Below, piece after piece: positions 36,730 through 44,788 of a stretch of 64,000 bases of DNA; positions within the stretch are counted from its first letter, which is position 1; each line of letters begins with the position of its first letter. Source of the stretch: a bacterium. Its GTDB lineage: Bacteria; Sysuimicrobiota; Sysuimicrobiia; Sysuimicrobiales; Segetimicrobiaceae. The stretch spans positions 6,664 to 70,663 of the forward strand of contig DATEGA010000074.1 in NCBI GenBank assembly GCA_035280345.1. The letters run 5' to 3'. The notes under the pieces are model-generated. The model ran no database searches and had not been told where the DNA came from. It saw only the letters and a list, made by a program, of their open reading frames with translations. The position numbers and the translations under genes were made by a program.

Positions 36730-37647
36730 GTGGAACGCTACGTCGCGCGGCGGCTGCTCGAGGCGGTGCTCGTGCTATTTGGGATCTCCGCGGTCGCATT
36801 TGCGCTGACACACGTGATCGGCGATCCGGTGGTCCTACTGCTGCCGTTTCAGGCCGGTCCGGCCCAGGTGGCCGAAATGCGCCACATCCTCGGGCTGGAC
36901 CGGCCGCTCCCCGTGCAGTACCTGGCGTTCTTGGCCGCCGCGCTGCACGGCGACTTCGGACTCTCAGTCAGGCAGAACACGCCGGCGCTCGGCCTGGTGC
37001 TCGACCGCGTGCCGGCGACGGCGGAGCTCGCGTCGACTGCGCTTGTCATCGCCGTCGGCCTGGCGGTGCCCCTCGGCATCGCGGCCGCCCTCCACCGCCG
37101 GCGCGCCGTCGACCGCGTGGCGCTCCTCTTCTCGATGCTCGGCCAATCGATGCCGACGTTCTGGCTCGGCCTACAGGCGATTCTGCTGTTCGGGGTCGTG
37201 CTGCGGTGGTTTCCGACGGGCGGCATGGGTGGTTTCCGCCATCTCGTGCTGCCGGCCGTGGTCCTCGGCATCTTCTCCGCCGCGGGCATCCTCCGCCTCA
37301 CGCGGACGTCGATGCTGGACATCATCTCCGAAGACTATCTGCGCACCGCCCGCGCGAAGGGCCTGCGCGAAGCGGCCGTCGTCGGCCGCCACGCGTTACG
37401 CAACGCGAGCCTGCCCATCGTGACCTGGATCGGACTCGAGCTCGGCACCCTGCTGGGCGGCGCGGTCGTCACCGAAACCGTTTTCGCCTGGCCCGGTATG
37501 GGCCGGCTGGCGGTACAGGCGATTTTCGCGCGCGACATCCCGGTGGTTCAGGCCGTGGTGCTCTTCGCGGCGTCGATCTTCGTCACGGCCACGTTCTGCA
37601 CGGACATGCTCTATGCGTGGCTGGACCCGAGGATCCACTATCAATGA
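36730..37647 (+). CDS. ABC transporter permease, DppB/OppB-like
   Basis: 305 aa, GTG start. N-terminus ERYVARRLLEAVLVLFGISAVAFALTHVIGDP. Contains DYLRTARAKGLREAAVVGRHALRN and ends YAWLDPRIHYQ. Confidence 0.9.
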   Translation: MERYVARRLLEAVLVLFGISAVAFALTHVIGDPVVLLLPFQAGPAQVAEMRHILGLDRPLPVQYLAFLAAALHGDFGLSVRQNTPALGLVLDRVPATAELASTALVIAVGLAVPLGIAAALHRRRAVDRVALLFSMLGQSMPTFWLGLQAILLFGVVLRWFPTGGMGGFRHLVLPAVVLGIFSAAGILRLTRTSMLDIISEDYLRTARAKGLREAAVVGRHALRNASLPIVTWIGLELGTLLGGAVVTETVFAWPGMGRLAVQAIFARDIPVVQAVVLFAASIFVTATFCTDMLYAWLDPRIHYQ

Positions 37648-38552
37648 TGGCCTCCGCGAGCGTGCTCGCCGCCGCGCCGGGCCGGCGCCCGCCCTGGTGG
37701 CCGATCTGGCTCGCCGCGACGCGCGATCCGGGCGTGTGGGTCGGTGCCGGCATGTTCACGGGCGTCGTCCTCCTCGCGGCGCTGGCGCCGCTGCTCGCGC
37801 CGATGGACCCCGGGGCGCAGGATATCGTCCACCGGCTGCTGCCGCCGATGTCCGCCGCCGCGGGGCATCGCTTCTGGCTCGGCACGGACCAGCTGGGCCG
37901 CGACCTGTTGAGCCGCATCATCTTTGGCTCGCGCATCTCGCTGCTCGTGGGCCTGAGCGCGGTGGCGATCTCCGCACTGGTTGGGACGGCAATCGGCGTA
38001 GCGAGCGGCTACGCGGGTCGCGGATGGGACGATCTGCTGATGCGCATCACGGACGTCCAGCTCGCGTTCCCGTCGATTCTGCTGAGCCTCGCGATCGTGG
38101 CGATGCTCGGCGCCGGCGTGCGCAACCTGATCGCGGTGCTCGCACTCTCCGGGTGGGTCGGCTACGCGCGCGTCACGCGCAGCCGCGTGCTCGGCATCCG
38201 CCGGCTGGAGTACATCGACGCGGCAAGGACGATGGGCGCGCGCGATGGCCGGATCGTCGTCCGGCACGTTGTACCGAACGTCGTGCCGTCCGTGGTCACG
38301 ATCGCGAGCTTCTCGCTCGGCGGCATGATCACGTCGGAGGCGGCGCTCACGTTCCTCGGCCTCGGCATCCCGTCCAACATTCCCAGCTGGGGCGGGATGC
38401 TGACCGACGGCGCGCAGTATCTCTCGGTGGCCTGGTGGCTGGCCACGTTTCCCGGGGCCGCGATCATGCTGACCGTCCTGGCCACGAATCTCATCGGCGA
38501 TTGGCTCCGCGACGTGCTGGATCCGCGCGCGGAGTCGGGCGCAGCCCGCTGA
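37644..38552 (+). CDS. ABC transporter permease, DppC/OppC-like
   Basis: Track ORF 37206..38552 trimmed to the ATG at 37644 (ATGA overlap with the upstream stop). Contains FWLGTDQLGRDLLSRIIFGSRISL, EYIDAARTMGARDGRIVVRHVVPN and GDWLRDVLDPR. Confidence 0.88.
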   Translation: MMASASVLAAAPGRRPPWWPIWLAATRDPGVWVGAGMFTGVVLLAALAPLLAPMDPGAQDIVHRLLPPMSAAAGHRFWLGTDQLGRDLLSRIIFGSRISLLVGLSAVAISALVGTAIGVASGYAGRGWDDLLMRITDVQLAFPSILLSLAIVAMLGAGVRNLIAVLALSGWVGYARVTRSRVLGIRRLEYIDAARTMGARDGRIVVRHVVPNVVPSVVTIASFSLGGMITSEAALTFLGLGIPSNIPSWGGMLTDGAQYLSVAWWLATFPGAAIMLTVLATNLIGDWLRDVLDPRAESGAAR

Positions 38553-38563
38553 CGGAGGCGATC

Positions 38564-39766
38564 ATGACGACGATCAACCAGTGCCGCATTATCCCGATGG
38601 ACGGTCCGGTGATCGACAAGGGCGCGATCCAGATCGAGGGCACGACCATCACGGCGATCCTGCCGAAGCCGGTCGCAGCCACGGGCCCCGGCGTGCTGGA
38701 CGCCGCCGGGCTCACCGCGATTCCCGGCATGGGCCAGATGCACGGCCACTTCACCGCCTATATGCACACCATGGACACCGCGCCGGTGAACGCCCAGCCC
38801 CACACGCTCAAGGCGATTCAGGCCACCGCGTTCGCCCGGAACGCGCTCAACGCCGGCATCACAATGTGGCGGGACGTGGGCGGCCACGCCCACATCGACC
38901 TGCAGCTGAAGAAGGCGATCAACCTCGGCCTGGTGCCCGGGCCGCGGATGCAGGCCGCCGGGCGGTGGCTCGGCGCACCGGGCGGCCACGGGACCGGGCT
39001 GATCGAGGAGATCGCCGGGGTCGACGCGCTGCGCCGCGCCGTGCGCGAGCAGATCGACGCGGGCGCCGACGGCATCAAGCTGGTCGCGAGCGGCGGCGTC
39101 ATGCAGGCGTCGGAGAACCCGTTCGGTATGGAATTCAGCGAGGAGGAGATCCGCGCCGCGGTCAACGACGCGCACGCGGCCGGGAAATGGGTGGCGGTGC
39201 ACTCGCATCCGGCCGCGGTCACCCGCGTCGCGCTCAGCGCGGGGGTGGAAACGATCGAGCACGCGACCGAGATGCCCGACGACGTGATCGAGCTGTTGCT
39301 GAAGCGCGGGGCGTGTATCGTGCCGACGTTCGCGGCGTACTGGAAGCTGTCGCGCGAGGGACATGAGATCGGACTCGACGACGGCCTCGTCGACCTCGCG
39401 AACCGGGTGTGGGACCGGAAGATGGAGTATTTCATGCGGGCGGCCAAGGCCGGCGTCAAGTTCGCGACGGGCACGGACACCGGCGCGCCGCGGGTCTTCC
39501 CTCACGACCTGGCGCTCGAACTGGAGTTGATGGTCCAGGTCGGACTGACGCCGGAGCAGACGCTGCGGGCCGCCACGGTGGCCTGCGCGGAGATCCTCGG
39601 GTGGTCCGACAAACTGGGCACGCTGACGCCCGGCAAGGAGGCCGACGTTGTCCTGCTCGAGGGCAATCCGCTTCAGAACATCAGCGCTGCGCGGCGCGTC
39701 CGGCATGTCTACAAGGCGGGTGTGCACTACACGCCGGAGCCACCGGTGCCGCCACTCCCCTGGTAA
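38564..39766 (+). CDS. Amidohydrolase family protein (imidazolonepropionase / Xaa-Pro-dipeptidase-like metal hydrolase)
   Basis: Track ORF 37613..39766 trimmed to the ATG at 38564 (SD GGAGG, 5-nt spacer). Contains GMGQMHGHF (HxH), GADGIKLVASGG, VAVHSH, IEHAT, GTDTG and GKEADVVLLEGNPL. Confidence 0.82.
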   Translation: MTTINQCRIIPMDGPVIDKGAIQIEGTTITAILPKPVAATGPGVLDAAGLTAIPGMGQMHGHFTAYMHTMDTAPVNAQPHTLKAIQATAFARNALNAGITMWRDVGGHAHIDLQLKKAINLGLVPGPRMQAAGRWLGAPGGHGTGLIEEIAGVDALRRAVREQIDAGADGIKLVASGGVMQASENPFGMEFSEEEIRAAVNDAHAAGKWVAVHSHPAAVTRVALSAGVETIEHATEMPDDVIELLLKRGACIVPTFAAYWKLSREGHEIGLDDGLVDLANRVWDRKMEYFMRAAKAGVKFATGTDTGAPRVFPHDLALELELMVQVGLTPEQTLRAATVACAEILGWSDKLGTLTPGKEADVVLLEGNPLQNISAARRVRHVYKAGVHYTPEPPVPPLPW

Positions 39767-39838
39767 GAATGATGTAAGAACCGGCGCCTTCAAATCCCAG
39801 CGGAAGACGCCGCGGCACTCCAATCAAGGAGGCACGCA

Positions 39839-39862
39839 ATGGATTGGATCGAGCGACAATGA
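39839..39862 (+). promoter_or_regulatory. 7-codon upstream ORF (MDWIERQ) overlapping the downstream ATG by ATGA
   Basis: SD AAGGAGG (39826-39832) lies 6 nt before the ATG at 39839. The uORF stop TGA (39860-39862) overlaps the ATG at 39859 of the AstE/AspA-like gene, which has no SD of its own. Confidence 0.4.
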
Positions 39863-40842
39863 ATCCCGCCTCCCCGGTCTTCGATCCGGCCGGCGCCAAG
39901 CGGGGCCGGACCGTTTGGAAGCGGTGGCGCCCCATTCCGGCCGACGCGTCCAGCGAAGTGGAGGTCGCGATCGTCACGGGCGCCGAGCCGGGCCCCACGC
40001 TGTGGCTGGAAGGCACGATCCACGGTAACGAGATCGACTCGGCGATCTTCGTCCAGAAGCTGATCCAGGCGGCCGATCCGTCTCGCCTGCGCGGCACTAT
40101 CATCGCCGTCCCTGTGGTCAACAACGCGGCGTTTGTCGCCTGCCAGCGCGACAGCCCGGCAGACGGCAAGGACACGAACCGGCTCTTCCCCGGCCGCGCC
40201 GACGGCTCGTACAGCGAGCGGTTGGCGGACGCGATCCGCGCCTCGATCGAGCAGCACGCGGACTACGTGATCGACGTGCACTCGTCGACGGAGACGTTCC
40301 TGGCGCTCTCGCACGCGCTGTACTTCGCGTCGAGCACCGACGTCTCGCGGCAGTCTCAGGCGTTCGCGCGGCGCGCCTGGGTGGACGTGATTTGGGAAAG
40401 CTCGGGCGATTACATGGCGAGCGCCCTGTATTGCTGGACGGTGCAGCACGACATCCCCACTGCGCTGCTCGACGTCGGCGATCTGGATGTGGCTCCCGGG
40501 CTCGAAGCTTCGATGGCGGGAGGGTTCAACATGCTCGCGTTCGCCGGGATAGCGCCCACGCCGGCCCAGGGCACCCGCGAACCGTACACCGTTCTGGACC
40601 CGCGGTGGGTGCTGGCGGACCGCGCCGGCATCGTGGTCCAGTACGTGACCCCCGGCTCGCGTGTCAACCGAGGCGCGAAGCTGTTCGACGTGCTCGACAC
40701 GAAAGGTAACGTCGTCCACACGGGCGTGAGTCCGGTTGACAATGGGCTGGTGCTGACGACACGGCGCCTCAAACGGGTCGGCGAGGGGGACTGGGTGATC
40801 TCGCTCGGCGCCGTCACGCACGACCCCGGCAGCCTCGCGTGA
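39859..40842 (+). CDS. Succinylglutamate desuccinylase/aspartoacylase (AstE/AspA, M14-like) family deacylase, copy 2
   Basis: Contains GPTLWLEGTIHGNEIDS (canonical HGNE zinc motif), NRLFPGR and IDVHSS. The track start TTG 39844 is in frame and is an alternative. I prefer ATG 39859. Confidence 0.75.
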   Translation: MNPASPVFDPAGAKRGRTVWKRWRPIPADASSEVEVAIVTGAEPGPTLWLEGTIHGNEIDSAIFVQKLIQAADPSRLRGTIIAVPVVNNAAFVACQRDSPADGKDTNRLFPGRADGSYSERLADAIRASIEQHADYVIDVHSSTETFLALSHALYFASSTDVSRQSQAFARRAWVDVIWESSGDYMASALYCWTVQHDIPTALLDVGDLDVAPGLEASMAGGFNMLAFAGIAPTPAQGTREPYTVLDPRWVLADRAGIVVQYVTPGSRVNRGAKLFDVLDTKGNVVHTGVSPVDNGLVLTTRRLKRVGEGDWVISLGAVTHDPGSLA

Positions 40843-40878
40843 CCAAAAGAGTTCAATAACAACGGAGGTGCAACCGAC

Positions 40879-41970
40879 ATGCGGAACGATGTAACACGAT
40901 TGCTCCGGCTCGTGATCGGGCTCGTCGCGCTCGCGGGACTCGTGGCGGCGGGGCTCTGCGGCGGGACGCTGTCCCAGGCCGCCGAGGCGGTCCATCTCAA
41001 CTTCCTCATTCCGGAAGGCCCGGGGCAGGATGTCGCGTCGCGCGCGGCCGTGGCTGTGTATGAAAAGGAACACCCGAATGTCACCGTCACGATTGTGGCC
41101 GGCAGCAACGCCAACTATTACCCGAAGATGCTCGCCGCGATGCAGACGACCCCGGATCAGCCGCTGTTCAACATGGCGTACATCAACGCGCCGACGTGGC
41201 CGAAGGGTTACGCCGCGGACATGTGGCTGCCGATTGACACCGCCCGCGCACCCAACGTTCTCCACGTGCTGAAGCCGTACCGGCGACCGCAGGACAAAGG
41301 CGCGGGCGTCGGCATCGTACTGATCGGGCTCCTGTACAACCAGAACTACGTCAAGACGCCGCCCACGTCGTGGACGGACCTGTGGGCGAATCCCACATTC
41401 AAGCACAAAGTCGTGCTGTTCGATTACCTCTGGGAGTACAACGGCCTCGTGATGGCGGCGAGGCTCAACGGAGGCAGCGAGACCAACATCGAGCCGGGCA
41501 TCCGCGTTTGGAGCCAGCACACCGATCAGATTCGCGCGCTGATCACCTCGACCGACCAAATGCAGAACCTGCTCCAGACCGGCGACGCGTGGCTGACGGC
41601 GTGGCCGAAGGCCAACCAAGCGGTCTGGGCCAAGCAGGGGTTGCCGTTCGCGTTCGCGGTGCCGAGGGAAGGCGCGATCGCGTTCCCTCTGTACCTGACG
41701 GTCGTCAAGGGCTCATCGCCGGTCCAAGTGCGCGCCGCGCAGGACATCATTAACCTCTTGTTGAGTTCGTATTACCAGGGCCTGTACGCCGCCAGTAGCT
41801 ACACCTCTCCTGTATCGGACGAAGTTCGGGTTCCGGCAGCGTTGGCCAACGACCCCGCGTTCAGCCAGGGCGTCCTAAGCAAAGCGATCCTGTTGGACGA
41901 AGCGGCGATCGCGTCGAACACCGCGAATTATACAAGGCTGTGGAACGCCCAGGTGAAATCCAAACTGTAG
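40879..41970 (+). CDS. ABC transporter substrate-binding protein, PotD/PotF-like (family 1 type)
   Basis: 363 aa, SD ACGGAGGTG. Has a hydrophobic leader. The size and the neighbouring PotA-like ATPase and PotB/C-like permease support a polyamine/opine-type system. Confidence 0.7.
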   Translation: MRNDVTRLLRLVIGLVALAGLVAAGLCGGTLSQAAEAVHLNFLIPEGPGQDVASRAAVAVYEKEHPNVTVTIVAGSNANYYPKMLAAMQTTPDQPLFNMAYINAPTWPKGYAADMWLPIDTARAPNVLHVLKPYRRPQDKGAGVGIVLIGLLYNQNYVKTPPTSWTDLWANPTFKHKVVLFDYLWEYNGLVMAARLNGGSETNIEPGIRVWSQHTDQIRALITSTDQMQNLLQTGDAWLTAWPKANQAVWAKQGLPFAFAVPREGAIAFPLYLTVVKGSSPVQVRAAQDIINLLLSSYYQGLYAASSYTSPVSDEVRVPAALANDPAFSQGVLSKAILLDEAAIASNTANYTRLWNAQVKSKL

Positions 41971-41984
41971 GCGGCCGCGCGGCG

Positions 41985-43064
41985 GTGACGGAGCGCGTCG
42001 ACGGCGGCGCGGCCGGCCGTCCCGCCGTCGTCCAGCTGGAGCAGGTCACAAAGCGGTACGGCTCGGTCCTGGCCGTGGACGATCTCTCGCTGGAAATCAG
42101 ACCGGGGGAATTCTTCTCGTTGCTGGGGCCGAGTGGCTGCGGCAAGTCCACAACGTTGAGGATGATCGGCGGCTTCGAGCGTCCGTCCGCCGGCACAATC
42201 TTCATCCGCGGGCGGCCGTCGAACGACGTTCCGGCGTACAAGCGCGATACTAACATGGTCTTTCAGCAGCTCGCGCTCTTCCCGCACCTCGACGTTTACG
42301 AGAATGTCGCTTTCGGGCTACGGGCAAAGCGGGTGGCCTCGCACCAGATCGGTCCGCGCGTCGAGCGGGCGCTCGAGCTCGTGGCCCTCGGACCGTTCAG
42401 GCGCCGCGCCGTACGGTCGCTCTCAGGGGGGCAGCAGCAGCGCGTCGCGATCGCTCGCGCGCTCGTCAACGAGCCCGCGGTGCTGCTCCTCGACGAGCCC
42501 CTCGGCGCGCTGGACCTCAAACTGCGCCTGCAGATGCAACTGGAGCTCAAGAACCTTCAGCGACGAATCGGCACGACGTTCATCTACGTCACGCACGATC
42601 AGATCGAAGCCCTGACGATGTCCGATCGGATCGCGGTGATGAACGACGGCCGGCTGGAGCAGACCGGTACCGGCCGCGAGATATACGATCGCCCGAAGAC
42701 TCCGTTCGTCGCGGGCTTCATAGGAGACACCAACCTCATCGAGGTGGTCCAGCGCGCACCAGGACGCTACGTGACACCGGACGGCGCACTGACGTTTGCG
42801 CTGGGGGACTCAGGCGACCGTACCACCGTCTCGCTGCGGCCCGAACGGATTCGCGCCGGGGCGCCAGCGAAAGCGTGCGCAGAGCGGACGGCGGGACGCG
42901 TCGTCGACGTGGTCTACGTCGGCGCGGACGTCCAGTATGTGGTGGCGGCCGGCAATACGCGTCTCACCGTGAAGACCCGCGGCGACCAGGTTTTCGCAGC
43001 CGGTGAAGAGGTCGAACTCGGCTGGCAGCCGTCCGATCCCGTGGCCGTCGGGGCCCGCCGGTGA
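41985..43064 (+). CDS. ABC transporter ATP-binding protein, PotA/CysA-like (only NBD gene found in the window)
   Basis: Trimmed to the GTG at 41985. Walker A GPSGCGKST, Q-loop FQQLALFPH, signature LSGGQQQR, Walker B LLLDEP, H-loop YVTHD, plus a C-terminal regulatory/TOBE-like extension. Confidence 0.9.
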   Translation: MTERVDGGAAGRPAVVQLEQVTKRYGSVLAVDDLSLEIRPGEFFSLLGPSGCGKSTTLRMIGGFERPSAGTIFIRGRPSNDVPAYKRDTNMVFQQLALFPHLDVYENVAFGLRAKRVASHQIGPRVERALELVALGPFRRRAVRSLSGGQQQRVAIARALVNEPAVLLLDEPLGALDLKLRLQMQLELKNLQRRIGTTFIYVTHDQIEALTMSDRIAVMNDGRLEQTGTGREIYDRPKTPFVAGFIGDTNLIEVVQRAPGRYVTPDGALTFALGDSGDRTTVSLRPERIRAGAPAKACAERTAGRVVDVVYVGADVQYVVAAGNTRLTVKTRGDQVFAAGEEVELGWQPSDPVAVGARR

Positions 43065-44788
43065 ACGCCGCGGGTACGACGCGCGCCGTGGGTGGGAAGC
43101 CGTCGCAGAACGGCGGCAACCGCCTCCGCACGATCGCCCTGCTGCTGCTGCCGGCGACCGTTCTCATGCTGGTATTCGTGGCGGCGCTCGTCATCCTGCT
43201 CTCATACACGCTTCGCCCGTCGGTCACGGTTGCCCATCCCCTGACTTTGAATGCCTACGCCCGGTTTCTCAGCGACCCGTACTCTCGTCTGCTCACCCGG
43301 AACACTCTCGTATTGGGCGCGGTCGTCACCCTCGGAACACTGATCGTGGGCTATCCGACCGCCTACGCGCTGGCGCGCCTGCGGAATCCAGGGCTGGTCC
43401 TCGTCGTCTCGCTCGCGTTGTTCTCCCCGCTGCTCGTCAGCGTCGTGATCCGAGCGTACGGGTGGCTCGTGCTGTTCTCGAACAAAGGATTGATCAATTT
43501 CGCGCTTGAGAGGCTGGGCCTCATCCGGGAACCGCTGCGCCTGTTGTACACTCCCTGGAGCGTCGACGTCTCGCTGATCCACATCCTGATGCCGTTCATG
43601 GTCTTTCCGATCTACAGCGTGCTGCGGCAGATCGACGCGTCCATGGAAGAGGCCGCGGAAGACCTTGGCAGCGGACCGTGGCAGACCTTCCGGCGCGTAA
43701 CCTGGCCGCTGAGTTTGCCGGGCGTCATTGCGGGCGTTCAGATCGTATTCAGCCTCTGCATCAGTGCCTACGTGTCGCCGGCTCTGCTCGGCGGCGGGCA
43801 CGTCCTCGTCCTTGCCCCCGCCATTTACCAGACGACGATCGACATCGATTGGCCGCTCGCGGGTGTGATGACGCTTGCGCTTCTCCTACTCTCGCTACTC
43901 GTGCTCCTCGCCGTCAACGTCCTCAGCCGGCGGATCTTCGCGCACGAACAGACGGGGCGCGCGGGGACGGCGCCGGCCTCGTCCCGCCACCCCGCCATTT
44001 ACGGGTGGCTGGCGCTCGTCGCGGCGTTCATGGTTCTGCCAATCGCGATCGTCGTCATCGATTCGTTCAACTCGGTCGCCTACAGCGTCTTTCCGCCCCC
44101 AGGCGTCTCGCTGCGGTGGTACGAGCATCTCTTCACCGCGGTCGATTGGCGTCCGGCGCTTCGCAATTCACTGATCGTCGCGTGTTCGGCAAGTGTCATC
44201 GCAGTCGGCGCCGGCACGCTCGCCGCCTACGCAATGGCCCGCTATGTCGCGAAGGGCCGGGAGTTGGTGCGGGTCATCTTCTTCGGGCCGTTCCTCGTGC
44301 CGAGGATCGGGATCGGCCTCGCGTTCTTCATCCTGATGCTGAAGCTCCGTCTCTACGGCAGCCTACTAAGTCTCGTCGCCGCGCACGCGGTGATCACCCT
44401 GCCGTTTGCCGCCGCGATCATGTCCGCGGCCTTCGTAGCCGTCCCGCGCGTGTTCGAGGAGTCGGCAATGGACCTCGGGGCCGGCCCGGCGCGGACGTTC
44501 TTGACGGTCGTGGTGCCGCAGGTCGCGCCGGCGGTGCTGGTCAGCTTCGTTTTCGTGTTCATCGCGTCGCTCGATGAACTGGAGACCTCGCTGTTTCTCG
44601 TGCGTCCAGGGAACCAGACGATCCCAATCGCGATGCTAACCTACATGTTTCAATACCAGGACCCGACGATCGCCGCTCTTGCCTCGCTCCTCGTCGGCCT
44701 ATCGGTGTTGGCCGTTGCGGCTGTCGTCGTCTTGATCCGCCGCGGGCGCGTCGGGAACTCACTCGCGGCATCAGTATCGCAGACATGA
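43061..44788 (+). CDS. Fused two-domain ABC permease (PotB-like plus PotC-like in one polypeptide)
   Basis: 575 aa, GTGA overlap with the ATPase stop. Two EAA-type loops: EEAAEDLGSGPWQTFRRVTWPL (first half) and EESAMDLGAGPARTFLTVVVPQ (second half), each with flanking TM segments. Confidence 0.85.
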   Translation: MNAAGTTRAVGGKPSQNGGNRLRTIALLLLPATVLMLVFVAALVILLSYTLRPSVTVAHPLTLNAYARFLSDPYSRLLTRNTLVLGAVVTLGTLIVGYPTAYALARLRNPGLVLVVSLALFSPLLVSVVIRAYGWLVLFSNKGLINFALERLGLIREPLRLLYTPWSVDVSLIHILMPFMVFPIYSVLRQIDASMEEAAEDLGSGPWQTFRRVTWPLSLPGVIAGVQIVFSLCISAYVSPALLGGGHVLVLAPAIYQTTIDIDWPLAGVMTLALLLLSLLVLLAVNVLSRRIFAHEQTGRAGTAPASSRHPAIYGWLALVAAFMVLPIAIVVIDSFNSVAYSVFPPPGVSLRWYEHLFTAVDWRPALRNSLIVACSASVIAVGAGTLAAYAMARYVAKGRELVRVIFFGPFLVPRIGIGLAFFILMLKLRLYGSLLSLVAAHAVITLPFAAAIMSAAFVAVPRVFEESAMDLGAGPARTFLTVVVPQVAPAVLVSFVFVFIASLDELETSLFLVRPGNQTIPIAMLTYMFQYQDPTIAALASLLVGLSVLAVAAVVVLIRRGRVGNSLAASVSQT

